Positions 1-9,167 of a stretch of 64,000 nt of DNA are shown piece after piece. The notes under the pieces were generated by a model. The model was not told where the DNA came from and ran no database searches. It saw only the letters and a list, made by a program, of their open reading frames with translations. Source of the stretch: an uncultured Candidatus Rokubacteria bacterium (GTDB lineage Bacteria > Methylomirabilota > Methylomirabilia > Rokubacteriales > DASRDR01); the NCBI GenBank assembly GCA_963708025.1, contig CAVPSB010000019.1:128001-192000 (forward strand). Direction: 5' to 3'. Position 1 is the first letter of the stretch, and the number at the start of each line of letters is the position of its first letter. A program made the translations under genes and the position numbers.

Positions 1-293
1 CCGCAGTTGCCGGAGTAGTCGACGATCGGCTCCCGCACGTGGACCTGGGCGAACGTGTAGTCCACGTCCGCGTCGGGGTGCGTGGAGGGACCGATGAGAC
101 AGGACTTGGAGAGCGAGGAGATCCCGCCGCCGAGACCGTCGAGCTGCCGGCCGTAGGGGTCGGGGCTGCCGAGCGCGGCCAGGATGACCTGGTCGCGCGC
201 GTCGCCCGGCGAGGGGAGGTCGGCCTCGTGGAAGAAGAGCGCGCGACTGGTGCCGCCGCGCATGAAGACCGCCCGGATGCGCCGCTGGGTCAT
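1..293 (-). CDS. prpF: PrpF-family (2-methylaconitate isomerase) protein, N-terminal part; runs off the window
   Basis: Manual translation MTQRRIRAVFMRGGTSRALFF...GSPDPYGRQLDGLGGGISSLSK...DYTFAQV...DYSGNC carries the PrpF signatures. Its ATG overlaps the aconitase TGA (ATGA). Not in the ORF track. Confidence 0.9.
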   Translation of the reverse strand, partial: MTQRRIRAVFMRGGTSRALFFHEADLPSPGDARDQVILAALGSPDPYGRQLDGLGGGISSLSKSCLIGPSTHPDADVDYTFAQVHVREPIVDYSGNC

Positions 294-2224
294 GCTGGGG
301 AAGACGAGCCACTCCGCGTGTGGCGCAGCCGGCCGCCGGCCAGCAGGATCTCGCGCTCCCGAGGCGTCAGGACACAGCGGACCGGGATCCGGCGCCCCGT
401 CGTCTCGTCCTCCACCGTCAAGGCCCCCGCCGCCAGCCCGTCCGCGATCCCGCGGATCGCCAGCCGGTCGCCGAGGCCGATCGCGTCGTAGTCGGACGGC
501 TCCGCGAACTCGAGCGGCAGCATGCCCCAGTTGATCAGGTTGGCCCGATGGATGCGGGCGAAGGTCTTGGCCAGGACGCCCCGCACGCCGAGATACATGG
601 GCGCGATGGCCGCCGCCTCGCGGGAGGAGCCCTGGCCGTACGTCTGGGCCGCCACGATGAAGCCGCCGCCGGCGGCCCTGGCCCGGGCGACGAACTCCGG
701 GTCGAGGTTCTTGAACGTGTACTCGGCGATGGCGGGGACGTTCGAGCGGAAGACCAGCACCTGGGCGCCGGAGGGCGAGATGTCGTCGGTCGAGACCTTG
801 TCGCCGGCCTTGAGCAGGACCGGCCCGGTCAGCTCGTCGCCGGGCGGCCGGCCGATCGGGACCTCGCGGATGTTCGGCCCCTTGACGATCTCCGCCGTCC
901 CGCCGTTCCCGGCCGGCTGGATCAGGCCGGCGGTCGTCCGGGTGAAGCGCGGCGGAAAGACGACCTCGGGCGCGGGGCCGAGCGTCCGCGGATCGGTGAT
1001 GACGCCGCGGAGGGCGGAGACGCAGGCGGTCTGGGAGGACGAGAGGTAGATCTGGTCGTCCTTGACCCCGCTGCGGCCGGGGAAGTTCCGGTTGAACGCG
1101 CGCAGGCTCTTCGACCCCGACGCCGGCACGTGGCCGATGCCCGGGCACGCCCCGCAGGTGGACTCGGACACCACGGCGCCGGCCGCCAGCAGGTCGGCGA
1201 CCAGACCCTGCCGGGCCATCGTCTCCAGGATCTGCTGGCTCGCCGGGAACAGGACGAAGGAGACGTCCGGGTGGACCTGCCGGCCGCGGAGGATCTCGGC
1301 GACCACGAACATGTCTTCCCAGGAGCCGTTGGTGCAGGAGCCGACCAGCACCTGCTCGATCGGCGTGCCCTCGACCTCGGTGACCGGCACCACGTGGTCG
1401 GGGGAGCCGGGGAGCGCCACCAGCGGCACGAGGCTCCCCAGGTCCAGCTCCATCGTGTCGTCGTAGGCGGCGTCGGCGTCGGCCGCCAGCGGCCGCCACT
1501 CGCCGTCCCGGCCGAGGCGGGCCAGGTAGCTGCGGGTCACCTCGTCGGACGGGAACACCGACGTCGTGAGCCCCAGCTCGGCCCCCATGTTGGCGATCGT
1601 CGCCCGCTGGGGGACGGTGAGGCGACCCACGCCGTCGCCCGCGTACTCGAAGATCTTGCCGAAGCCGCCCCGCACGGTGAGACGCCGGAGCAGCTCGAGG
1701 ATCACGTCCTTGGCCGAGACCCAGGGGTGGAGGCGCCCGGTCAGGACCACCCGCACGACCTGCGGCATCGGAAAGAAGTACGGGGCGCCGCCCATGGCGC
1801 AGGCCACGTCGAGCCCGCCGGCGCCGATGGCCAGCATGCCGAGGGCGCCGCACAGCGGCGTGTGGCTGTCCGAGCCGAGGAGCACGAGCCCCGGCGCGCC
1901 GAAGGCCTCGATCTGGACCTGATGGCAGATGCCGTTGCCCGGCTTCGAGTACCAGCCGCCGTAGCGCCGCGACGCCGTCGCCAGGTAGCGGTGGTCGTCG
2001 GTGTTGCGCGAGTCGAACTGGTAGACCTGGTGGTCGGCGTAGGTGACGACGGTGGGCACCTGGACGCGGGGGAATCCCATCGCCTCGAACTGGAGCCAGG
2101 CCATCGTCCCGTTGGTGTCGGTGAGCAGCACCTGGTCCACGCGGATCCCGACCTCGCGGCCGCCGGCCGGCTCGCCGGCGACGAGGTGACTGCCGATGAG
2201 CTTCTGGACGAGGCTCTGGCCCAT
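290..2224 (-). CDS. Aconitate hydratase family protein (short, 644 aa)
   Basis: GSDSHT, GSCTN and CGAC cluster ligands, NRNF.GR, TDDISP, YGQGSSRE swivel-domain motif. Confidence 0.9.
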   Translation of the reverse strand: MGQSLVQKLIGSHLVAGEPAGGREVGIRVDQVLLTDTNGTMAWLQFEAMGFPRVQVPTVVTYADHQVYQFDSRNTDDHRYLATASRRYGGWYSKPGNGICHQVQIEAFGAPGLVLLGSDSHTPLCGALGMLAIGAGGLDVACAMGGAPYFFPMPQVVRVVLTGRLHPWVSAKDVILELLRRLTVRGGFGKIFEYAGDGVGRLTVPQRATIANMGAELGLTTSVFPSDEVTRSYLARLGRDGEWRPLAADADAAYDDTMELDLGSLVPLVALPGSPDHVVPVTEVEGTPIEQVLVGSCTNGSWEDMFVVAEILRGRQVHPDVSFVLFPASQQILETMARQGLVADLLAAGAVVSESTCGACPGIGHVPASGSKSLRAFNRNFPGRSGVKDDQIYLSSSQTACVSALRGVITDPRTLGPAPEVVFPPRFTRTTAGLIQPAGNGGTAEIVKGPNIREVPIGRPPGDELTGPVLLKAGDKVSTDDISPSGAQVLVFRSNVPAIAEYTFKNLDPEFVARARAAGGGFIVAAQTYGQGSSREAAAIAPMYLGVRGVLAKTFARIHRANLINWGMLPLEFAEPSDYDAIGLGDRLAIRGIADGLAAGALTVEDETTGRRIPVRCVLTPREREILLAGGRLRHTRSGSSSPA

Positions 2225-2230
2225 TCTCGA

Positions 2231-3364
2231 TTACGCCCGCCCGGCGAGGGGCCGGAACGGCCGGTGGGCGGGGCCGACGTACTCGGCCCGCGGGCGGATC
2301 AGCCGGTTGTCGGCGTGCTGCTCGAGGAGGTGGGCCGTCCAGCCGGCGATCCGCGACACCGCGATGACCGGGACGAAGAGGTCCACCGGGAGCCCCAGCG
2401 CGTAGAAGAGCGGCGCCGAGTAGAAGTCCACGTTGGGGATGAGCCCCTTCTCGCGATTCACCGCCTCGTGGAGCCGCACCGCGGTGTCGAACCACACGGC
2501 CTCGCCCGACCGGCGGCAGGCCTTCTCGGCCAGCTCCCGGAGGATGCGGGCCCGGGGGTCCCCCGCCTTGTAGACGCGGTGGCCGAAGCCCATGAGCCGC
2601 CGCTTCTCGGCCAGGGCCCGCCGGGTGAAGGCCTCCGCCTGGTCCGGCTGCCCGATCTCCTGGAGCGTCCGCATGACCGCCTCGCCGGCCCCGCCGTGGA
2701 GCGGGCCCTTGAGCGCGCCCAGCGCGCCGGAGACGGCCGAATGCATGTCGGAGAGGGTGGAGGCGATGGTGCGCGCGGTGAACGTCGAGGCGTTCAGCTC
2801 GTGCTCGGCATAGAGGACCAGCGCGGCGTCGAAGGCGCGGACCTGGACCGCCGTCGCCTTCCGGCCGGCCACGGTGTGCAGGAAGCTGGCCGCGTGCCCC
2901 AGCTCGGGCCGCGCCGTGACCGGGCGCTTCCCCTGCCGCACGCGGTGGAAGCCCGCGGTGAGGGTCGCCATCTGGGCGACGAGGCGCACCGCCTTCCGCC
3001 GGTTCGCCTCGGCCGAGTTATCCTCGGCGTCGGGATCGAGTGCGCCCAGGAGCGCGATCGCCGTCTGGAGGACGCGCATCGGGTGCATCTCGCGCGGGAC
3101 GAGCTTGAGCGCCTTCAGCATGAGCGGCGGAAGCGGTCGCGCGTCGGTCAGCTCCGTCCGGAAGCCCTCCAGCTCGGCCGGCCGCGGCAGCTCCCCGTGC
3201 CAGAGGAGCCACACCACTTCCTCGAACGACGCTCGCCGCGCGAGGTCGTCGATGTCGTAGCCCTGGTAGGCGAGACGGCCCTGGACGCCGTCGAGATTGC
3301 ACAGGCGGGTGGTCGCCGCCACGACGCCCTCGAGGCCCTTGATCGGTTCGGCTTCGGTCGGCAT
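2231..3364 (-). CDS. Citrate synthase / 2-methylcitrate synthase (PrpC-like)
   Basis: KGLEGV, EHELNASTF, GPLHGGA, MGFGHRVYK, NVDFY motifs; in an operon with aconitase and prpF. Confidence 0.9.
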   Translation of the reverse strand: MPTEAEPIKGLEGVVAATTRLCNLDGVQGRLAYQGYDIDDLARRASFEEVVWLLWHGELPRPAELEGFRTELTDARPLPPLMLKALKLVPREMHPMRVLQTAIALLGALDPDAEDNSAEANRRKAVRLVAQMATLTAGFHRVRQGKRPVTARPELGHAASFLHTVAGRKATAVQVRAFDAALVLYAEHELNASTFTARTIASTLSDMHSAVSGALGALKGPLHGGAGEAVMRTLQEIGQPDQAEAFTRRALAEKRRLMGFGHRVYKAGDPRARILRELAEKACRRSGEAVWFDTAVRLHEAVNREKGLIPNVDFYSAPLFYALGLPVDLFVPVIAVSRIAGWTAHLLEQHADNRLIRPRAEYVGPAHRPFRPLAGRA

Positions 3365-3455
3365 CGGACGGCTCCTCTTAGGTCACGGGATCCGGGCGGG
3401 GTCGGGACGGGAGAGCACGGGATGCCGGCGCCGACCGGACCCCGGCCGCCCTCCT

Positions 3456-3484
3456 GTGATACCAAGCCGGCCGGGCCGGGTCAA
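3456..3484 (-). promoter_or_regulatory. Candidate sigma70 promoter of the prpC-like operon
   Basis: TTGACC-N17-TATCAC on the minus strand. Confidence 0.45.
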
Positions 3485-3548
3485 GCACGCCGCGCGCCGG
3501 CTGGCTTCTCGCGACGCGCTGGCCTTGGCCCCGCGGTAGGGTGTTCCA

Positions 3549-3620
3549 ACTCCGAGCCGCGCCTTCGCCGCGGCCTCCGAGGGGGGGAATCGGGGGGTCT
3601 TCCGAGACCCCCCCGAAGTC
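3549..3620. repeat. Repeat family C (GGGGGTCTTCCGAGACCCCC palindrome)
   Basis: Near-identical to 43149-43222; partial or inverted copies near 38377-38405 and 40819-40855. Confidence 0.8.
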
Positions 3621-3622
3621 GC

Positions 3623-4177
3623 TCAGGCGCCGACGATGACGCCGACGACCTTCTGGAGCTGGCTGATGTCGATCGGCTTGTTGAGCATCGTGAACGGCCC
3701 GGTCTCCAGGGCGCGGGACATCAGATCCGAGTCGGGGTAGCCGGTCACGATCACCACCGGCAGCTCGGGCCGGATCGCATGGAGCTGGCGGAAGGTCTCC
3801 ACGCCGCTGATGCCGGGCATGATGAGGTCGAGCAGGACGAGGTCGAGATCGTTCTGCTTGGCGATCTCCAGGGCTTCCTCGCCGCTGGCGGCCGTGAAGA
3901 TCTGGCGCTGGCCGGTCTGGAGCGCGGAGACGATGAACTGGCGCGTCACCTCTTCGTCGTCCACCACCAGGAGATTCACGCGCAGGGTGGCGGCGTGCTG
4001 CCGGAACCAGTCATCGAGGATGGACTTGTGAAAGCGCCACTGGCGGCCGACCTTGTGGCCCGGCAGCTCCCGGCGCTCGGCGAGGCGATAGACGGTGGAA
4101 ACGGGAAGCTTGAGATACGCGGCCACGTCGCGGATTGTCAGGATCTCGGCGTCTCCGGCCCGTCGCCGCTCGACCAT
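3623..4177 (-). CDS. Excisionase-type HTH + response regulator receiver protein
   Basis: LTIRDVAAYLKL..STVYRL....LPGHKVGRQWRF followed by a REC domain (VVDDE, LLDLIMP, VTG, KP). Start chosen at ATG 4177. Confidence 0.8.
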   Translation of the reverse strand: MVERRRAGDAEILTIRDVAAYLKLPVSTVYRLAERRELPGHKVGRQWRFHKSILDDWFRQHAATLRVNLLVVDDEEVTRQFIVSALQTGQRQIFTAASGEEALEIAKQNDLDLVLLDLIMPGISGVETFRQLHAIRPELPVVIVTGYPDSDLMSRALETGPFTMLNKPIDISQLQKVVGVIVGA

Positions 4178-4705
4178 GGTTTGTCCTTCCGTCTGCTTCC
4201 CCGCCTGCTTGTCAGCCCCCGGCCTTCCACCGCGTGACCGCTGCGACGCCTTCCCATCTCTCAACGCTGTTGGGGTTAATTCCGGGTAGGCCGACATAGT
4301 TCCATTCGTTCGGGTGGGTGTCAAGGGAAAAGGGTTTGGCTCGATGGACAGTCCCTCGACGTCTCCGGCTGAAACGCTGGGTTTCCGGGGTTTTCGCGCC
4401 ATGTCCTGGTCTCCCTCCCCATCGGCTCCTGGTGGTCCCCTGGGCCTTCGGGGTCGGCGGTGAGGAGTGCAACGGCAGTACCAAGAAACGCCCGCTCCCG
4501 CTAAGCCATGGCCGGGAAAGAGTACCCCAAGGCGGTCGCGGCCGACCGTGGGCAATTCCTGCTCGCACTTCCCAGCCAGTCGAGCCTGTTTCTAACCAGG
4601 CTCCCGCATGGGACTGGCGACTTGCCGGTCACTCGACCGAATTCGCCTGCAGTGAGGCTGCCTTGACACCCGATCCGGCGCTGGGGTACGGTGGGGGCGC
4701 CCCCG

Positions 4706-4948
4706 ATGCACACCCAGCTCCAGGCCGACCGGGTTCTCGACTGTCTCGGGCTATTCTGCCCGATGCCGATCGTCAAGACCCGGGAGGCGATGAAGACCAT
4801 GACCGCCGGCCAGGTGCTCGAGATGCGCTCCGACGACCCCGCCAGCGAACCCGACATGAAGAGCTGGGCTCAGCGGACCGGGAATGAGCTCGTTGCGGTT
4901 ACGAAGGACGGCCCGATCTACCGATTCCTGGTCCGAAAGACCCGATAG
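4706..4948 (+). CDS. tusA: Sulfur carrier TusA/SirA family
   Basis: LDCLGLFCPMP (CPxP) and DDP motifs; TTGACA-N18-TACGGT upstream (4663-4692). Confidence 0.9.
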   Translation: MHTQLQADRVLDCLGLFCPMPIVKTREAMKTMTAGQVLEMRSDDPASEPDMKSWAQRTGNELVAVTKDGPIYRFLVRKTR

Positions 4949-4955
4949 GTCGGGG

Positions 4956-6116
4956 CTGCCGCGCCCCGGACGCCGGGTCTACGTCGACTACGCCGGGTTT
5001 GTGCCTGTCGATCCCCGGGTGCTGGCCGTGATGACCCCGTTCCTGGAGGGCTGGGTGGGGAACCCCTCCGCGCTCCATGCGCTCGGCCAGGAGGCGCGTG
5101 ACTCGCTCGATGCCGCTCGCGCCAAGATCGGCCGCCTGGTGGGGGCGCGTCCGGATGCGGTCCTCTTCACGAGCGGCGCCACCGAGGCCAACAACCTGGC
5201 GATCAGGGGCATCGCCCTCCGGAGCGGCAAGCGTCACATCCTGACCACCGCGATCGAGCACGCCTCCGTCCTCACGCCGTGCCGCGATCTCATGAAGGCG
5301 GGCTTCGAGGTGACCTACCTGCCCGTCGACCGTGAGGGCCGGGTCACGCCGGCGGACGTGCGCACGGCGCTCCGGGCCGACACCTGTCTGGTCTCCATCG
5401 GCGCGGCCAACGCCGAGATCGGCACGATCCAGCCGTGGCGCGGCATCGCCGCGATCACGCAGGAGGCCGGCGTCCCTCTCCACGTCGACGGCGTCGGCGC
5501 GGTGGGCCGGGTGGCGCTGGCGGTCGAGGCCGACGGGATCGACCTCCTCACGATCGCGGCCAACGACCTCCACGGCCCGCCGGGCGTCGGGGCCCTCTGG
5601 GTGCGGCCCGGGCTCACGCTGGTCCCGCAGGTCCTGGGCGGGGGCCAGCAGGACGGTCTCCGCTCGGGCACGGAGAACCTCGCCGGGGTGGTGGGGCTCG
5701 GCGTCGCCGCCGAGCTGGCGCTCCGGGAGGGCCCCGGCGAGCGCGAGCGCGTGATGGCCTTGCGGGACCGGCTCATCGAGGGCCTGGCCCTCGCCTGTCC
5801 GCAAGCGCGGCTGACGGGGCCGCGGGTCGGCCGGCTGCCGCACCACGTGAGCCTGGCGGTGACCGGGGTCAAGGGGGAGAGCCTGATCCTGGCGCTGGAC
5901 CTGGTGGGGATCTCGGCCTCCACGGGCTCCGCGTGCGCCACCCTGACCGGCGAGCCCTCGCGCGTGCTGCGTGCCATCGGGCTCGACCCCCTGGCCGCCG
6001 CCGGCTCGCTCTGCGTGACCTTGGGGCGGTGGAGCCGGCCCGAGGACGTCCAGGCGCTCCTCGCGGAGCTGCCGCCGATCGTCGACCGCCTGCGCGCCCT
6101 CTCGCCGATCCACTGA
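4956..6116 (+). CDS. IscS/NifS-like protein with the PLP Lys replaced by Asp; start uncertain
   Basis: YVDYA, GNPS, FTSGATEANN, EHASV, RSGTEN and STGSAC are present, but the SxHK motif reads AAND (GAC at 5565-5567). Confidence 0.85.
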   Translation: MPRPGRRVYVDYAGFVPVDPRVLAVMTPFLEGWVGNPSALHALGQEARDSLDAARAKIGRLVGARPDAVLFTSGATEANNLAIRGIALRSGKRHILTTAIEHASVLTPCRDLMKAGFEVTYLPVDREGRVTPADVRTALRADTCLVSIGAANAEIGTIQPWRGIAAITQEAGVPLHVDGVGAVGRVALAVEADGIDLLTIAANDLHGPPGVGALWVRPGLTLVPQVLGGGQQDGLRSGTENLAGVVGLGVAAELALREGPGERERVMALRDRLIEGLALACPQARLTGPRVGRLPHHVSLAVTGVKGESLILALDLVGISASTGSACATLTGEPSRVLRAIGLDPLAAAGSLCVTLGRWSRPEDVQALLAELPPIVDRLRALSPIH

Positions 6117-6123
6117 TCGACGC

Positions 6124-6825
6124 ATGCGTCTCGTCCTCTTCGACATCGACGGGACGCTGCTGTCGGCGGGCGGCGCGGGCCGGCGCGCGCTCGGTCGCGC
6201 CCTGATGGACGTCTACGGCACCGCGGGGCCTATCGACACCTACGACTTCCGTGGCGGCACGGACCCTCAGATCGTCCGCGATCTCCTCGGGGCGGCCGGG
6301 CTGCCGCCCGCGGACATCGCGGCGCGCGAGATGGAGCTTTACGGGCGCTACCTCGAGCACCTCGAGGAGGAGATCGGGGACGGACACGGCGTCCGGCTGC
6401 TCCCGGGCGTGACCGCGTTGGTGGAGGCGCTGGCGGCCCATCCCGCCTGCGTCGTCGGGCTCCTTACCGGGAACATCGAGGCGGGCGCGCGGGTGAAGCT
6501 GCGGAGGACCGGCCTCTGGCCCCGGTTCCGGCTCGGGGCCTACGGCTCCGACGACGGGGACCGCACCCGGCTACCCGCGGTGGCGGCGCGGCGCGCCGAG
6601 GCCCTCGTCGGGCACGTGTTCCGCGGCCGCGACCTGGTCGTCATCGGCGACACGCCGCGCGACGTCGGCTGCGGGCGGGCCTTCGGGGCGGTGTGCGTGG
6701 CCGTGGCCACCGGCTGGCACGCGGTCGCCGAGCTCTCGGGCTGCGGGCCCGACCACGTCTTCGCCGATCTCAGCGAGACCGACCGGGTCATCGCGGCGAT
6801 CTTCGACAGCCACCCCGGAGGCTGA
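6124..6825 (+). CDS. HAD-family hydrolase
   Basis: LFDIDGTL, LTGN, IGDTPRD motifs. Confidence 0.9.
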   Translation: MRLVLFDIDGTLLSAGGAGRRALGRALMDVYGTAGPIDTYDFRGGTDPQIVRDLLGAAGLPPADIAAREMELYGRYLEHLEEEIGDGHGVRLLPGVTALVEALAAHPACVVGLLTGNIEAGARVKLRRTGLWPRFRLGAYGSDDGDRTRLPAVAARRAEALVGHVFRGRDLVVIGDTPRDVGCGRAFGAVCVAVATGWHAVAELSGCGPDHVFADLSETDRVIAAIFDSHPGG

Positions 6826-6832
6826 CGGTCCA

Positions 6833-7261
6833 GTGGAGCGGATCGTCGTCGTCTGGCTCCACCTGCTGGCGGCGTCGGCCTGGGTCGGAGCCTTCCTCTT
6901 CGTGAGCCACCTGGTGGTCCCGGCCCTCGCCCGCGGCGAGCGCCCCTACCTGGGACTCCTCGAGCGCGCCCGCGTCGTGGCGTGGGCGGCGATCGGGCTC
7001 CTGCTCGTGACCGGCCTCGACAACCTCCGCCGGGTGCGGCTGGACAGCCCGTGGCTGATCGCGAAGCTCCTCCTCGTCCTCGTCCTCCTCGCGCTGGCCG
7101 CCCACCGGGACTTCGCCCTCGTCCCACGGGCGATCCGCATGATCGCGCGGGGTGGCAGTCCGGCGGTCGCGCTCGGCGGGCTCCGCTGGCTCGACCGCGT
7201 TCTGCTGATCGTCGCCATGGTCGTGTTCTTCCTTGGGGTCGGTGTCGCCCGGGGCCGCTGA
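6833..7261 (+). CDS. Four-helix membrane protein (CopD-like)
   Basis: WLHLLAASAWVG N-terminal pattern; hydrophobic segments; coupled to its neighbours. Confidence 0.65.
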   Translation: MERIVVVWLHLLAASAWVGAFLFVSHLVVPALARGERPYLGLLERARVVAWAAIGLLLVTGLDNLRRVRLDSPWLIAKLLLVLVLLALAAHRDFALVPRAIRMIARGGSPAVALGGLRWLDRVLLIVAMVVFFLGVGVARGR

Positions 7262-8424
7262 TGGCCGTGACGACGGTCGTGGTCGGCGGTGGGATCGGCG
7301 GACTGTCCGTCGCCCGTGAGCTGACGCTCCGTGGTCTCCCGGTCGTCGTCCTCGAGAAGGCGCCGAAGCTGGCGCCGGTGGGCGCCGGCATCATCATGAA
7401 CCCCAACGCGATGCGGGTCCTGGAGCGGAACGGGCTCGCCGCCGCGCTGCGGGAGCGGGGGTGGCCGTACCTCGCCCGCGATTCTTGCGATCACCGGGGC
7501 CGGCTCCTCGCGCGGCGGGACTACCGCCCGCTCTACGCGGCCGGCACGCTCGCGGTCGGCACGCTCGTTCACCGCGCCCACCTCCACCACGCGCTCTACG
7601 ACAGCCTGCCGGCCGGGACCGTGCGTTTCGGCGCCCCGGTGGTGGACCTCGAGGTCCGCCCGGACCGGGTGGGCGTGGAGCTCGAAGGCGGGGAGCGCCT
7701 GGAGGCCGACCTCCTGGTCGGCGCCGACGGGATTCGCTCCCTGGTCCGCGAGGCGGTCTTCGGCGCCGCCGTCCCTGTCTACCTGGGCTACCGCTCGCAC
7801 CGCCTCGTCGTTGACAATCGCGACCGGATCGAGGACTTCACCGAGTTCCTCGGACGGGGTAAGCGGGTCGGCCTGGTGCCGATCTCGCGCGACTCCCTCT
7901 ACGTGTGGACGACGTTCAACTCGCCGCCGGAGTCCACCGACCACGCCCTCGCCAGCGTGGCCGAGTTCCGGGCCCGCTTCGCGGAGTTCACCGACCCCCG
8001 GGTCCGCGGCGCGCTGGCGCAGCTCGAGTCGACCGATGGGATCCTCTGCACCGACGTCGAGGAGGTCCATCAGGAGTCGTGGGTCGCGGGTCGAGTCGTG
8101 CTCCTCGGCGATGCCGCCCACGCGCTCACACCCAACATGGGGCAGGGAGCCGGCATGGCGATGGAAGACGCGGCCGTGCTGGCCGAGACGCTGGACACGG
8201 TTCGGGTGGGCGCCCGGCCGCTCCCGGCGGCGCTGACGTCCTACGTGGAGCGGCGCCGCCCACGCGTCGCCACGGTCGTGCGGCTCTCACGGGAGGTGGG
8301 GGCGGACGGCCAGCGGATCGGCCGGCTCGCCTGCTGGCTCCGCAATCGTCGGATCCGCCGTGACGGCCGGGATGTCCGCCGGGTACACGACGGGCTCGAG
8401 CGGCTGCTGGCCTATCCGATCTAG
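7261..8424 (+). CDS. FAD-dependent monooxygenase
   Basis: GGGIGG, GADGIRS, LLGDAAH..P..GQGAGMAMED; ATG overlaps the upstream TGA. Confidence 0.9.
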   Translation: MAVTTVVVGGGIGGLSVARELTLRGLPVVVLEKAPKLAPVGAGIIMNPNAMRVLERNGLAAALRERGWPYLARDSCDHRGRLLARRDYRPLYAAGTLAVGTLVHRAHLHHALYDSLPAGTVRFGAPVVDLEVRPDRVGVELEGGERLEADLLVGADGIRSLVREAVFGAAVPVYLGYRSHRLVVDNRDRIEDFTEFLGRGKRVGLVPISRDSLYVWTTFNSPPESTDHALASVAEFRARFAEFTDPRVRGALAQLESTDGILCTDVEEVHQESWVAGRVVLLGDAAHALTPNMGQGAGMAMEDAAVLAETLDTVRVGARPLPAALTSYVERRRPRVATVVRLSREVGADGQRIGRLACWLRNRRIRRDGRDVRRVHDGLERLLAYPI

Positions 8425-8501
8425 GATTTCGGGGGGGTTACGCGCTGAGCGGCCGGCCATGTCCTCCAGCGCCTCGGGGCGGACGACCAGCGGGTCACCG
8501 C

Positions 8502-9167
8502 TCACGCTGGCCCTCGGGTGTCGATGCCGGTGATCTTGATGGCCGCGGCCTTGGATTTGTAGCGCCGGTTGAGCCGCACCATCACCGCGGTCAGACCCTC
8601 GAGGATCGCCGCCATCGTGAGCGGCCCGGCGTCGAGGGCACGGACCCCGAGGTCTTCGATCAACCGCATGGCCGCCGCTTTCGCCGCGGCGTCGTCCCCG
8701 CAGACCAGCACGTCGGCATCCAGCGGGTGGTCCAGGCTCGACAGCTCGTGGGCGGCCAGGGCGTGGAGCCCGGCCACCACTCGCGCCTCGGCTCCGAGGA
8801 TCGCCTGGGCCTCCTCGGCCGCCGAGCCCGCCGGGGGGGGCGCGTAGAGCCGCGGGCCCTTGAAGTCGAGCGGCACGACGGTCTCCAGGACGATCTTGCC
8901 CGCGAGCACCGGGCGGAGCGTGGCGAGGAGCGCCCCGTGGCTCTCGTACGGCACCGCGACCACGACCAGCTCGCCCTCGCGGCTGGCCGCCTCGTTCGTC
9001 CGGCCGTCGAACAGGCCGCCGGGCACGAGGCGCGCCAGTTCGCGGGCCCGCTCGAAGGCGCGCTCCGCGCTCCGGGACCCGATGAGGACCTCGTGGCCGG
9101 CGCGCGCCCAGCGAAGCGCGAGCCCGGTGCCCTCCTTGCCGGTTCCACCGAGGATCGCCACGATCAC
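8502..9167 (-). CDS. npdG: NADPH-dependent F420 reductase (F420H2:NADP+ oxidoreductase)
   Basis: ILGGTGKEG.GLALRWA, IGSR, GSAAE, DVLVCGDD, DAGPL; GTG overlaps the upstream stop. Confidence 0.85.
   Translation of the reverse strand: MIVAILGGTGKEGTGLALRWARAGHEVLIGSRSAERAFERARELARLVPGGLFDGRTNEAASREGELVVVAVPYESHGALLATLRPVLAGKIVLETVVPLDFKGPRLYAPPPAGSAAEEAQAILGAEARVVAGLHALAAHELSSLDHPLDADVLVCGDDAAAKAAAMRLIEDLGVRALDAGPLTMAAILEGLTAVMVRLNRRYKSKAAAIKITGIDTRGPA

Noticed and set aside
320-4237. 1305-aa plus-strand ORF and many similar long ORFs (e.g. 30087-32636, 27560-29464, 57438-59459)
   Set aside because: Antisense or alternate-frame shadows of real genes, expected at this GC content; no motifs.
4178-4555. 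N-terminal extension of the HTH-REC ORF
   Set aside because: Atypical composition and promoter-like sequence (TTGACA near 4320-4325 on the minus strand); probably intergenic, although a start at MARKPRK cannot be excluded.
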